DNA of 24,000 bases from an uncultured Candidatus Saccharimonas sp. (GTDB lineage: Bacteria > Patescibacteriota > Saccharimonadia > Saccharimonadales > AWTP1-31): NCBI GenBank assembly GCA_943353855.1, contig CALRBD010000006.1, forward strand, positions 1 through 24,000. Direction: 5' to 3'. Below the pieces are notes generated by a model. That model had not been told where the DNA came from. It did no database searches and was given only the letters and a program-made list of their open reading frames with translations. Within the stretch, counting starts at the first letter, position 1, and each line of letters opens with the position of its first letter. Made by a program: the position numbers and the translations under genes. Of this stretch, positions 1-9,600 are shown one piece after another.

Positions 1-104
1 ACTGTGAATATGATAATTGCCAGGCCAAAGTTATGCCCTGGGATAATTGCGTAAATAAAAACCAGAAGGTTAAAGATAGGATTAACGATAAGTGCATTAA
101 ACAT
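1..104 (-). CDS. yidC: membrane protein insertase YidC, first 34 codons only (gene runs off the left edge)
   Basis: Own translation of the minus strand from the ATG at 104-102 gives MFNALIVNPIFNLLVFIYAIIPGHNFGLAIIIFT. This resembles the conserved first TM segment of short YidC/Oxa1 insertases. It sits in the canonical position downstream of rpmH-rnpA. It is too short to appear in the ORF track. Confidence 0.6.
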   Translation of the reverse strand, partial: MFNALIVNPIFNLLVFIYAIIPGHNFGLAIIIFT

Positions 105-212
105 GCGAGCTCCTCTATGTGTAGGTTAGTATATTGGACTATTCGGTAAAGCTATGTAAACTCACGTCGAAAGCTATAGTTATAATACCATGATTATCAC
201 TGTTAGGCAGGG

Positions 213-554
213 TTATTCCTGATATTGCTGAAGTAGCTTTAAAACTGTTTCTTCAAGTTCAGAGGCAGACATTGTCGCAACCTGATCGGTGTAGACGGTC
301 ACTATGATGTCAGTATGCGCAGCGATATGTTTTTCATTCTTTCGAATAATCTCATATAGCCGGCGGCGCATTCTGTTGCGCTTAACTGCAGATTTACTAA
401 TTTTCTTACTAACAACAACTGCGCAGCGATAATTCGCAGTTCGTGCGTTATCGACAATACGGAGCGCTAAAGCTGTAGAACGGTATGTTTTTCCGTTTGT
501 ATACACGAATCGCAGACTATTGCGTCCGTGAAAGCGGTGTTTATAGGAAATCAT
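213..554 (-). CDS. rnpA: ribonuclease P protein component
   Basis: 113-aa basic ORF carrying the RNase P protein RNR signature (SKSAVKRNRMRRRLYE). It lies between rpmH and yidC in the widespread rpmH-rnpA-yidC arrangement. Confidence 0.9.
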   Translation of the reverse strand: MISYKHRFHGRNSLRFVYTNGKTYRSTALALRIVDNARTANYRCAVVVSKKISKSAVKRNRMRRRLYEIIRKNEKHIAAHTDIIVTVYTDQVATMSASELEETVLKLLQQYQE

Positions 555-591
555 ATTACTAGTATATGCAGTTTTCTAAAGAATAATATCT

Positions 592-729
592 TTAATGTGT
601 GAGTCGTGCTCGACCTTTGTTGCGGCGTGCACGTAGAATGTTACGGCCAGCTTTGGTCGCCATTCGTTTTAAGAATCCGTGTTCGCGTGAGCGGTGTCGT
701 TTCTTCGGTTGGTATGTTCTTTTTGGCAT
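592..729 (-). CDS. rpmH: 50S ribosomal protein L34
   Basis: Own translation, below the ORF-track size cut-off: [45 protein letters not shown] followed by a stop. This is close to consensus L34. ATG at 729-727, TAA at 594-592. The listed plus-strand ORF 599..784 is its antisense shadow. Confidence 0.92.
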   Translation of the reverse strand: MPKRTYQPKKRHRSREHGFLKRMATKAGRNILRARRNKGRARLTH

Positions 730-1058
730 AGTGTTACTGTATCCTTATTTGCTTACTTATCCAAGTTTACTGTCGAAAGTATGACTCTGTTGTACGAAGT
801 ACTTAGTTCTGTGACAAATATTACTACGTAGTTGAGTCAAATTGACAATATTTAACCCACTAATTCTATCAAGTTTTCCACCATACTCCAAGTCTTTTCC
901 ACAGATTACAAGAGAGGGCCCTCCTCTGTGCACAAGTTTACTACTGTTTGCAAGACTTTTTATATGCCACCCCTAAAAGAAATTCTGGCTTGTGGAAAAC
1001 TCAGTCTTTTTTGTATAGAATACATTTATACCAATTAGATAGGGCGGTAGTAGGGGTT
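730..1058. promoter_or_regulatory. candidate oriC part 1 and rpmH/dnaA divergent promoter region with a DnaA-box cluster
   Basis: Non-coding spacer between divergent rpmH and dnaA. Matches to the DnaA box TTATCCACA: TTATCCAAG 757-765, TTTTCCACC 874-882, TTTTCCACA 895-903, TGTGCACAA 927-935 (reverse orientation, 2 mismatches) and TGTGGAAAA 991-999 (reverse orientation, 1 mismatch). Confidence 0.5.
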
Positions 1059-2426
1059 ATGAAAGACAGTTTATGGAAGTCAGTACTCGGTGAGATTGAA
1101 CTTACTGTTTCTCGTGCCAGTTTTATTACCTGGTTTAAAAACACTGAGTTACTCACAAATAAAGACGGCTTACTTGTAGTGGGTGTCCCTACTGTTTTCG
1201 TTAAGAATCAATTAGAGCGAAAATTTAATGACCTTATTATAGATACCCTAAAAAAGAATGGCGTTGAACCTACTAAGGTTGATTACAAGATCCATACAAA
1301 AGGAAAGAGCACACTACACAAGCGAAGTAGTGAGGAAACTGTCATGGTAGTCGCTCCTCAGCAAACTGACACAAAACCAAAATCTAGCTCCAGTGTTCGC
1401 CATTCATATCGACAAGGTTTGAATGAGAAATATACTTTTGATAACTTTATCGTTGGTTCTGGAAATGAATTAGCCTATGCTGCCTGCCAAGCTATCGCTA
1501 GCGCACCAGGAACAAGGTATAACCCACTCTTTCTATACGGTGGAGTAGGTATTGGTAAGACACACCTTATTCAGGCTGTTGGTAATGCGATTCTATCTAA
1601 CGACCCTAAAGCTCATGTTGTCTATATTTCTTCCGAGCAATTTGTCCAGGAATTCTTAGACGCAATTCGTTATAAGAAAAATACTGACTTTGCAGGATTC
1701 TATAGAAGTGCAGATGTTCTTATTGTGGATGATATGCAGTTTATTGCGGGTAAAGAGAAGACTCAGGAAGAATTCTTCCATACATTTAACGCACTACACC
1801 AAGCAAATAAGCAGATTATTATTAGTAGCGATAAACCACCTAAAGATATTCCTACACTGGAAGAGCGTCTTAGATCTCGATTTAACTGGGGAATGAGTAT
1901 TGATATGCAAATTCCAGATTTCGAAACTCGCTGTGCTATTGTCCAGACAAAGTCCACAACTCATGGAATTACATTAGAACCGAGCGTTGTTGAATATCTA
2001 GCAACTCACGTCCAAACAAACATTAGAGAATTAGAAGGGGCCTTAAATCAATTATTAGCTTTTTGTGAAATGAGGGGTCTACAACCTGAACTTCAAATTG
2101 CTACAAGCTTACTTGGATCCAGTAAGGTCCGTCCTAAGCACATTAATGCTAAGCAAATAGTTGAAAAGACTGCAAAACATTACCATGTCAGCATGGAAGA
2201 TATTATGGGTCCTAAGCGAGATAAAGATATTGTAGTACCAAGACAAATAGCAATGTATATATTACGCAGTGAGCTTCATTTAAGTTTTCCAAAAATCGCA
2301 AGGGAGCTTGGACGTAAAGATCATACGACAGCAATTCATTCAGTCGAAAAAATAGCTAAAGAAAGTACACTTGATGCCGACCTAAGAACTGCAATTTCTG
2401 AAATAAAGGATCGCTTGTATGCATAG
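1059..2426 (+). CDS. dnaA: chromosomal replication initiator protein DnaA
   Basis: The translation has the DnaA N-terminal motif (WKSVLGEIELTVSRASFITWFKNTELL), an AAA+ Walker A (GGVGIGKTHL), Walker B (LIVDDMQF) and the C-terminal DNA-binding helix (DHTTAIHSVEKI). I chose the ATG at 1059, preceded by AGGGG at 1052-1056. The track's TTG at 948 would read through the DnaA boxes. Confidence 0.95.
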   Translation: MKDSLWKSVLGEIELTVSRASFITWFKNTELLTNKDGLLVVGVPTVFVKNQLERKFNDLIIDTLKKNGVEPTKVDYKIHTKGKSTLHKRSSEETVMVVAPQQTDTKPKSSSSVRHSYRQGLNEKYTFDNFIVGSGNELAYAACQAIASAPGTRYNPLFLYGGVGIGKTHLIQAVGNAILSNDPKAHVVYISSEQFVQEFLDAIRYKKNTDFAGFYRSADVLIVDDMQFIAGKEKTQEEFFHTFNALHQANKQIIISSDKPPKDIPTLEERLRSRFNWGMSIDMQIPDFETRCAIVQTKSTTHGITLEPSVVEYLATHVQTNIRELEGALNQLLAFCEMRGLQPELQIATSLLGSSKVRPKHINAKQIVEKTAKHYHVSMEDIMGPKRDKDIVVPRQIAMYILRSELHLSFPKIARELGRKDHTTAIHSVEKIAKESTLDADLRTAISEIKDRLYA

Positions 2427-2714
2427 TAAAAATATAGTCTTGTACTGTGGACAAGCTGTGCAGCGTATATGGACAGCTTGTAGTATAACTACGAGTTTTG
2501 TCCCCTCCCCTGCTTTTTGCACACATTTTGTGCGCAGCCTGTGTGTAAATAGTGGTACTTTTACACTACTTATGCCCCTATCTTTTACTCGTCTTATTGT
2601 CGGTTTCTTCCCTGTTAGTAACGACTTATACTCATTACCCACAGGCCCTACTATAAGTACTATATTTCTAAATAAGAATTCATTTAATAATAAGACAATG
2701 GCAAGGAGCTGTGT
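2427..2714. promoter_or_regulatory. candidate oriC part 2 (dnaA-dnaN spacer with a DnaA box, an inverted repeat and an AT-rich stretch)
   Basis: 288-bp spacer, long compared with the tight packing elsewhere in the window. It contains TGTGGACAA at 2447-2455 (reverse DnaA box, 1 mismatch), a related TATGGACAG at 2468-2476, an inverted repeat ACAAGCTGT 2451-2459 / ACAGCTTGT 2473-2481, and an AT-rich run at about 2655-2700 that could act as an unwinding element. Confidence 0.4.
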
Positions 2715-3806
2715 ATGAAATTGCAAGTAACTCAAGAAAATCTAAATAAAGCACTATCAAGTGTTGCCCGTATTGCTAATACCCGCGGCACATTACCGAT
2801 TCTAGCTAACGTAGTTTTAAGGACAGTTGGTACGAGATTAACAATCGCTGCAACAAACTTGGATATTGCAATAACCCACTATATTGGATCAAAAGTTAGT
2901 GAAGAAGGAAGTATTACCGTTCCAGCCCGACTCATGCAAGATTTTGTAGGTAGTCTACCTAGTGGTGTCATTGAACTTAAGCTAGATGACTATAAGCTGC
3001 ATATTACTACCGATCAATACAATTCTGTAATCAATGGTGTATCTGCTGAAGAGTTCCCTGTTATGCCAGCAATTACTGAAGGAAAAAATTGGACAATACC
3101 GGTGAAAGTTTTCAAGAAAGGACTTCAGCAAGTACTTGTAGCTGCCAGTAATGATGAAGCAAGACCAGTTCTTACTGGTCTTTATATCCACACATCTGGT
3201 GGAAAACTATACATTGCGTCCACAGATAGCTACCGTTTAGCTGAAAAAGAAATTATGCCACTTGAGGAAGATATAAATATTCTCGTGCCGGCAAGTTCAA
3301 TGCAGGAGCTACTTCGCGTTATTGGAGATCAGGATACGGATATCGAAATAATACATGACGATCAGCAAGTTCTATTTAAGGTCGGTGAAGTTGAACTTAT
3401 GACTCGACTTATTGATGGCAATTACCCTGACTACAAGAAACTGATTCCTAGTACTTTTGCAGTTACCGCTACATTGAAGCGAGCAGATTTCGTGAATATC
3501 ACAAAAGTGTCGAGCTTGTTTGCGAAAGAAAGCGCCGGAAGCGTCACTATTCACGCTGACCCAGAAGCTAAATCTGTCAGTATTCGCTCTGTTGCCTCTC
3601 AACTCGGAGAGAATACTGCTCAAGCTGACGCCGATATTACAGCTGAGGGCTCAATTACCTTGAACTCTCGATATCTTCTAGATGCACTCGGAACGCTCAA
3701 TAGTGATATGGTCATGCTCTGTTTTAACGGTAAACTTGAGCCCTGTGTTCTTAAGGAAGCAAAATCAACAGATTATATCCATGTGATTATGCCGCTCAAG
3801 AGTTAA
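2715..3806 (+). CDS. dnaN: DNA polymerase III beta sliding clamp
   Basis: 363-aa ORF with typical DnaN features (MKLQVTQENLNKALSSVARIA, TRLIDGNYPDYKKLIP, LNSRYLLDAL). Canonical position after dnaA. Confidence 0.95.
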   Translation: MKLQVTQENLNKALSSVARIANTRGTLPILANVVLRTVGTRLTIAATNLDIAITHYIGSKVSEEGSITVPARLMQDFVGSLPSGVIELKLDDYKLHITTDQYNSVINGVSAEEFPVMPAITEGKNWTIPVKVFKKGLQQVLVAASNDEARPVLTGLYIHTSGGKLYIASTDSYRLAEKEIMPLEEDINILVPASSMQELLRVIGDQDTDIEIIHDDQQVLFKVGEVELMTRLIDGNYPDYKKLIPSTFAVTATLKRADFVNITKVSSLFAKESAGSVTIHADPEAKSVSIRSVASQLGENTAQADADITAEGSITLNSRYLLDALGTLNSDMVMLCFNGKLEPCVLKEAKSTDYIHVIMPLKS

Positions 3807-3815
3807 AGTAGTAGT

Positions 3816-4868
3816 ATGATTTCTGATTTACGGCTTCAAAGCTATCGTTCATATGGCGATGCTACTTTTGAATTTGGCGAAGGAGTGAACATTATCGTTG
3901 GAGCTAATGCTAGTGGTAAAACAAATCTTCTTGAAGCTATTCTGGTTCTTTGTCGTGGATCATCTTATAGAGCTAAAGATATAGATCTTATTTCTTTTGA
4001 TGCACCATGGACTAGGTTAGATATGACAACTCAAGACGGAAAACGGACTGTCACATTAGAACGTAAAGATACTAACTCTGAAAAAAAGTATGTAATTCAA
4101 TCAGTACCACTTAAACGCCTTGTTTTAAATAAAACGATTCCAGTTGTAGTCTTTGAGCCAGACCACCTGCGACTACTGAGTGGTGGACCTGAAAGACGTC
4201 GAGAATATATAGATGGAATACTAGAACAAACAATTACCGGATATGCGACTCTGAGGCGAGAGTATAAAAGAACATTAGCTCAACGAAATAGATTACTTAA
4301 AAGTATGTATATAAATAATGATGAAATGTTCGTCTGGAACGTACGTCTGTCTGAGTTGGCAGGAAAAATAGTTCTATACCGTACTATCCTCATCGATAAG
4401 CTTCAAGAAGAGATTTCAGATATATATCAATCTCTTTCTAAAACTAATAATGAGATAACGATTAATTACTTAAGTAGCTGTAATATTTCTAATTACTCTA
4501 CGGATCTAATGAAACATCTCGAACAGAACATAGACGAGGATAAACAACGCGGCTTTACGTCATATGGGCCGCATAGAGACGATATTATTATAAAAATAGA
4601 TTCACACCCAGCTGCGATTAGTGCGTCCCGTGGAGAGAGTCGTACGATCTTATTAACACTAAAAATTCTCGAACTAAAAATTATAGAAAAAAGCCGGAAC
4701 AAGAAACCTATTTTTCTACTTGATGATGTCTTTAGTGAATTAGATGGTTCAAGACGTAAAGCCTTAACAAACTATCTTCAAGACTACCAAACGTTTATAA
4801 CAACTACAGACGCCGACATAGTCGTACATCACTTTATGGATAAGTGTAGAATTATACCGATTACCTAA
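3816..4868 (+). CDS. recF: DNA replication and repair protein RecF
   Basis: 350-aa ORF with an N-terminal Walker A (GANASGKTNLLEAI), an SMC-like signature region (SRGESRTILLTLKI) and Walker B (IFLLDDVFSELD). Canonical dnaA-dnaN-recF order. Confidence 0.9.
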   Translation: MISDLRLQSYRSYGDATFEFGEGVNIIVGANASGKTNLLEAILVLCRGSSYRAKDIDLISFDAPWTRLDMTTQDGKRTVTLERKDTNSEKKYVIQSVPLKRLVLNKTIPVVVFEPDHLRLLSGGPERRREYIDGILEQTITGYATLRREYKRTLAQRNRLLKSMYINNDEMFVWNVRLSELAGKIVLYRTILIDKLQEEISDIYQSLSKTNNEITINYLSSCNISNYSTDLMKHLEQNIDEDKQRGFTSYGPHRDDIIIKIDSHPAAISASRGESRTILLTLKILELKIIEKSRNKKPIFLLDDVFSELDGSRRKALTNYLQDYQTFITTTDADIVVHHFMDKCRIIPIT

Positions 4869-5446
4869 TCTACCAAGTTTTCATTGTTAATTGGAGGAGG
4901 ATTAGTCACTATACCTGAATCAAACACGAGTTTCGTTCCTTGGTTTAGTTTAAGTTGAATATCTGCAACTCCAGAGTATGTGACTACGGCAGATAATTTT
5001 TCTTTCCTTTGGATGAGTGTATCGAAGGATATAGATGGATTACCGCCTGTTTCTCTATCGATTGGATTAGAGGTAACAGAGTCTACGTAGACACTAACTT
5101 CTTTTTTACCGTTATCGCCTTTACCTAAGTAAGTATTGAAGGCAATTTTTAAATTGGTAAGTTGATCCTGAGAAAGCCCGTATTGAATCAATTTACCAAA
5201 ACCTAAAAATACCGGCTCAGTCGATGCATTATCTTCAAGTATTTCAGGAGTCTTATCTGCCTTATCGTCAATAGTTTCTTTTGATGCAGGATCGTAGTAT
5301 ACATCCGTTTTGTTTTGTGTTTCTTTACCTAGGAATGACACAAATAATACAATAAGCCCAATAACTATAAAAGCCCCAATCGCTATACCTATTTTTTTAT
5401 TCCTGGAAAGATTAACATTCTCTTGAAAATTACTTAGTAATTGCAT
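4865..5446 (-). CDS. hypothetical bitopic membrane protein, last gene of the T4SS-like operon (possible VirB8/PrgL analogue)
   Basis: 193-aa ORF with a short N-terminus, one TM helix (IGIAIGAFIVIGLIVLFVSFL) and an extracytoplasmic domain of about 150 aa. Its start overlaps the upstream gene by 17 nt. Its stop overlaps the recF stop by 4 nt. Confidence 0.6.
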   Translation of the reverse strand: MQLLSNFQENVNLSRNKKIGIAIGAFIVIGLIVLFVSFLGKETQNKTDVYYDPASKETIDDKADKTPEILEDNASTEPVFLGFGKLIQYGLSQDQLTNLKIAFNTYLGKGDNGKKEVSVYVDSVTSNPIDRETGGNPSISFDTLIQRKEKLSAVVTYSGVADIQLKLNQGTKLVFDSGIVTNPPPINNENLVD

Positions 5447-6686
5447 AAGTACTACCTCCTGGCATTGCGCTTAATATTTGTTGAGGATCCCATTCTTGCG
5501 TATTGGCAGCTTCATGTGCTGAATCTCCCACTAGTAATTTACCTGAGGCTGTAACTGCCCGAATAACGATATAGTGTCCACCTTTACTGAAAGGCACTGG
5601 ACCTTTACCTGAAGTTATAACTAGTCCACCAGCTTGCAAAGTTTGAGTTATTCTTGCAAGATCTTTTCCTATTGGTGTTGCTTTTAGTCCCCAGTTTTGA
5701 GCTAAGACTGGCGCTATACTCCATGAGCTTCCTGAGCCTGGTATGTATAGTCCTTTACTAGCAGCAAAGTTTGCAGTTTCTGGCGGCTTTACGCTTTTAC
5801 CTGTTAAGTTAGTTATAATCATTGCCATTGCGGAAGGCCCACAGCCTGACTCACCAATCGTGCTGGAAGAGTATGGCAAATTCCTCCAGGCTGGATCGTA
5901 CTGACTATAAACTGTAAAACCATCTATATATTTTGTGTTTTCTCCGGCTCCTGTTGCAGGTCCACAATTAGCACTTGGCGATTCTGTAGATGAAGTAGTT
6001 GTAGTGCCTTGTACTGCCCCACCGTATGTAGCAAGCGTCTTATTACCTGCATCAATACGTTTCGCCAAACCCTGAACATTAGTTAAGGGTACTTTACTGG
6101 TACTACCATCAATAATTGCGACCTCAAAGAACCTACCCCAATACCAAGCTGAAAGATCTACAGATGGCTGCGGCTTAATACCTTCGATATTACCCCTACT
6201 CTCAGCCTCATACCAAGCAAACTGCAATTGACCGTCAAGCGATAGCGGATCTAAATTCTTTTCAGCTGTCCATTTCTTTAGGTTCGCAAACCTACCTTTG
6301 GTATCCCACTGGAACATTCCTGAAAAACCACCGCTCTTAGAGACTGAGTTTGGGTTAACGCCTGATTCAGCAATTGCATTTCCAGTTATTCCCGCAGCTT
6401 GTTCTTTCGTGAGACCTTTTGATACAAAAAACCTGAATGTTTTTTCGGTGTTGTCGTTACCATTTAGGTCTATCGACACTGCACTATCAGGCACAGAACA
6501 TTTAGCCTCTACTGCACAACTGAGGTTAATTGCTCCAATATTTCTCAAATAACTTTGATCACATTGCCTATCCGTTAGTGCGAATGCAGCCCTCGGTACA
6601 AGTGCTGAAATACTGAAAACACTAATAAACATTAATATCTTAAGTGTCTTGAGAATATTTAATAAATATTTATGGTAGTACTTCAT
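5430..6686 (-). CDS. secreted two-domain cell-wall hydrolase: phage-tail-lysozyme-like domain plus C39-like papain-fold cysteine peptidase domain
   Basis: Signal-peptide-like N-terminus (MKYYHKYLLNILKTLKILMFISVFSISALVPRAAFA). Residues about 90-230 (GLTKEQAAGITGNAIAESGVNP...GMFQWD...LDGQLQFAWYE) look like the Phage_tail_lysozyme family. A Thr/Ser linker follows. Then comes a C39_2-like domain with catalytic-looking Cys (GESGCGPSAMAMI) and His (GGHYIVI). I chose the start at the ATG 6686-6684. The ATG at 6632 is an alternative. Confidence 0.8.
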   Translation of the reverse strand: MKYYHKYLLNILKTLKILMFISVFSISALVPRAAFALTDRQCDQSYLRNIGAINLSCAVEAKCSVPDSAVSIDLNGNDNTEKTFRFFVSKGLTKEQAAGITGNAIAESGVNPNSVSKSGGFSGMFQWDTKGRFANLKKWTAEKNLDPLSLDGQLQFAWYEAESRGNIEGIKPQPSVDLSAWYWGRFFEVAIIDGSTSKVPLTNVQGLAKRIDAGNKTLATYGGAVQGTTTTSSTESPSANCGPATGAGENTKYIDGFTVYSQYDPAWRNLPYSSSTIGESGCGPSAMAMIITNLTGKSVKPPETANFAASKGLYIPGSGSSWSIAPVLAQNWGLKATPIGKDLARITQTLQAGGLVITSGKGPVPFSKGGHYIVIRAVTASGKLLVGDSAHEAANTQEWDPQQILSAMPGGSTYAITK

Positions 6687-9600
6687 AGCCCTGGTATAGT
6701 CCTTTTGAAATATCAATAAATCTTGCTTTTACATCAGCCGAACAAGCATCTCTACTGCATTGGGCCCTACCCTTACCTTTCATAGCATCAAAATGTAGAT
6801 GCGGTGGTGAATTACAGGCAGCCGGCGATGATCCTACGACCCCAATCTTATCTCCTGGTTTTAATACTGCACCTTTAGCTACGCCTCCTGCACCAGGATC
6901 CATATGTTGATAGAAATACGTAGCATCATTCACAGAATCATATACTGTAACAGTGAATGCTGATCCAAAACCGTGGCCACAATCACCTTTATCGGCCTTT
7001 AATACCGTTCCAGAGGAGGCTGCAAGAACTGGTGTACCTGGAGCTGCAAATAGATCATGTGCTTTATACTTATGGCCAGCATCACATATTGATTTTTGAG
7101 CTATCTGTAGACATGAACCGAGAGAGCTTTGAACCTGTGCTTTAGATTGCTGAAGCGGCCAAGTTAGTCCCGCTGACACGCCAGCACCTGCAGCTGGAGG
7201 AGGCCCTAATTGTGAAATAAGAAAAGTAGACTTTGCGGCATAGCCCGCACCGTTTAAATGTATTCCATCACCAGCACCAGGATATTTGGCTTTGTTTTTC
7301 GCGTATTCAGAACTCCAATCAATAACCTTGAATTTTAATGCCAATGATTGAAGAAGTAAGCTAGAATTGTCCGCCGCATAGTCTTGTTTATCTGTACGAG
7401 AATTCATCCAGACTATATTAGCCGTTGGATTTATCCCTCGTATAGTGTCGACCATCTGCTTTATTTTTTCTGCATATCCAGTAGACGCATTCGTACCAAG
7501 CATTACAACTACCGTTCCTGCCTGAGCTACTATTGCGCTATCTACAGTAACTTTAGTTATAGCCTGTTCAGTTCTGTCCCCAACAGTCGCTTCAATATCT
7601 GTTGAATCCCAGCCTGCAGCAGTGTATTTATCCCTTAGTCCTCCGGCATCCCGCATACCAACTGTAAGAGAATCACCAACCGTGTAGACTTTATTGTTAC
7701 CCGATCCTATAGCTGCCGAGTCTGCTGCAGATGGAGTATCTATATCTTCAGGAAAGAACTCAGCCTCAAACGCATCTGTTGTATCTAGATAAGCTAGGTG
7801 AGCCTTGAATTGCTTAGTCTGCTGCTTTTCTGCAAGGCAGTCAGACTCATCGGATTCCTCGATCTGCGTAAGTATATCGGTATTTTCTACACAATTTTCA
7901 ACATGTCTCGCAAAGGCGCTGCCCTCAATTGGTAGCAGGGTCTGGGCGTCGATCTGATTATCCGCAATTAAGGCATCGGAGTTAGGCTCAGGATCAATTG
8001 CTTCAATATCTGGCCGCATAATAACCTGAAGATTACCAGCAGGGTCCGTAGCTAAATCAGTTTTTTTACCATTACTTCCATTTAGCGTATAAGTATCGTA
8101 AGAAACCTCATCACCAACTTCAGCTGAAACTCTACCCGTAAATAAGTTACCCAAGGTGCTCAAGTATCTGCCTGGATTTAGTACTGAAGATGCAAGAGAC
8201 ACGGAAGCATCCTTACTACTGTTAACTAAGCCAGTAACACTTGTTGGTGTTGCTAATGCGAGATTAAACATCAGGTTGTTGGGTTGCTCCGGATTAAGTA
8301 ATTTTTCTTTAAAACTCAAATTTTTAAATTGCTCATTTCTCCAAGCTATATACTCACCTTCAGCTGCAGCGTATTGCTGAGTCGTTGCTGGCACCATACC
8401 AGCAGACAGCGACCTTTGTTTATTGGAGGCACCCGCACCGGCTACTAGAATATCTCCCAGTTGACCACCTTTCTCTTGTCCAGTAAAAGGTAGTGTGAGC
8501 TGTTTTTGAACATAAGCCTGCATGTAACCCATGAATGCCTCGAATCCAAGATTTCCAATAGCCCCTAAAGCAACTTGTTTTAATGCCTGTTTTGAAATTA
8601 TTGAAGCTACTATATCTTTTACTACCGTCTGAAGCGCTATCTTGAAAGAGCCTTCAGCAAGCAAAATAGCAACTTCACTTTGTCCGCCCGAAAAGACTCC
8701 CGCAACCACACTAGCCGCACCAGCACCTACTTGTACTATTGGGTTCTGTACGACTGGACAACCGGCTCCAAGTCCTGGGGTCCCGTCAAGCTTTTCGTTT
8801 ATTCCACCTACTACTCCAGTTAGTTTGCCGTCCACTGCTACGGATTGCTTTGTTTGTTTATTTCTGCTTTTGCTAAACTTACTCTTCATCATATATGCAA
8901 AACCTGGCGACCCCCCAATAGAATTTCCATTAGAATCCTCTGACATAACACGCTTCATAAGTGAATTAAGAAGCTTGGGGTCAGCGTTTCCTCGTCTTGT
9001 ATCGTCTGCTGCATTAATGAAAACCATAGCATAGCGGATAAGTTTAATGGATCTTGCAGCCCTAGCTAACTGTATAGCGGTCTGTGCACGCTTCTTTATA
9101 GTGCAGACTTTATCTAATATATCTAGTGGGTTTAGTAACCCCTTAGCTCCTGCGGTAAATTTTGATCCAAAGGAAACGCTTGCAGCTCCATTTTCTAGAC
9201 TTTCTTGAAGGGCTTCATCTATAGTCCCAGATGCAATTCCCGCAGCAATACCTTTAGTGTTTACATCTGCACCTTCAGTAAGTATAGCTTTACGTTCGGC
9301 ATCTAGCTCTTCAGTAAGTGCTCCGCCAGTATCATTGGCTTTTGCTGCTCGTTCTTCATAGGATTGTTTTTCTTCTGGTGTCTTACCATCCGTATCATTT
9401 GTAGTATTAATTGCGTCTATCTCCCCTTTTTTATTGGGGTCAAGTACTTCCGTAGCAACATTTTTATTAACCTGATTATTTGCTGGAAGATCTTTGTCAG
9501 GACTATTTTTTGCTTTTGCTGCATCTATAACTGAGGTACTTGTAACACCATATATCTTTTTAAAAGCATTCATCCGTTTAGTTTTCCAACGCGAGGATCT

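Noticed and set aside
105-212. Possible yidD between rnpA and yidC
   Set aside because: The gap is only 108 nt and I saw no suitable small ORF.
599-784. 61-aa plus-strand ORF from the track
   Set aside because: It is the antisense shadow of a near-consensus rpmH (L34) gene on the minus strand (592-729). Its Arg-rich translation simply mirrors the Arg/Lys codons of L34.
948-1058. TTG-initiated 37-codon N-terminal extension of dnaA
   Set aside because: The extension reads through the DnaA-box-like site at 991-999 and has no DnaA-like sequence. An ATG with an AGGGG ribosome-binding site at 1059 starts exactly at the conserved DnaA N-terminus.
2382-2735. Two mutually overlapping ORFs (2382..2735 minus, 2419..2718 plus) in the dnaA-dnaN spacer
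   Set aside because: They overlap each other and the ends of dnaA and dnaN, lack ribosome-binding sites, and have Cys/Phe/Leu-rich translations typical of random AT-rich sequence. The region is better explained as origin or regulatory DNA.
8642-9034. Antisense ORFs inside the long minus-strand genes (for example 8642..9034, 9755..10087, 11083..11442, 13322..13723, 15307..15732, 16009..16398, 17893..18273 and 22877..23383 on the plus strand)
   Set aside because: All lie wholly within much longer ORFs that have recognisable domains on the opposite strand. Their translations are low complexity (Pro/Ser/Leu-rich) and carry no motifs. They are classic shadow ORFs.
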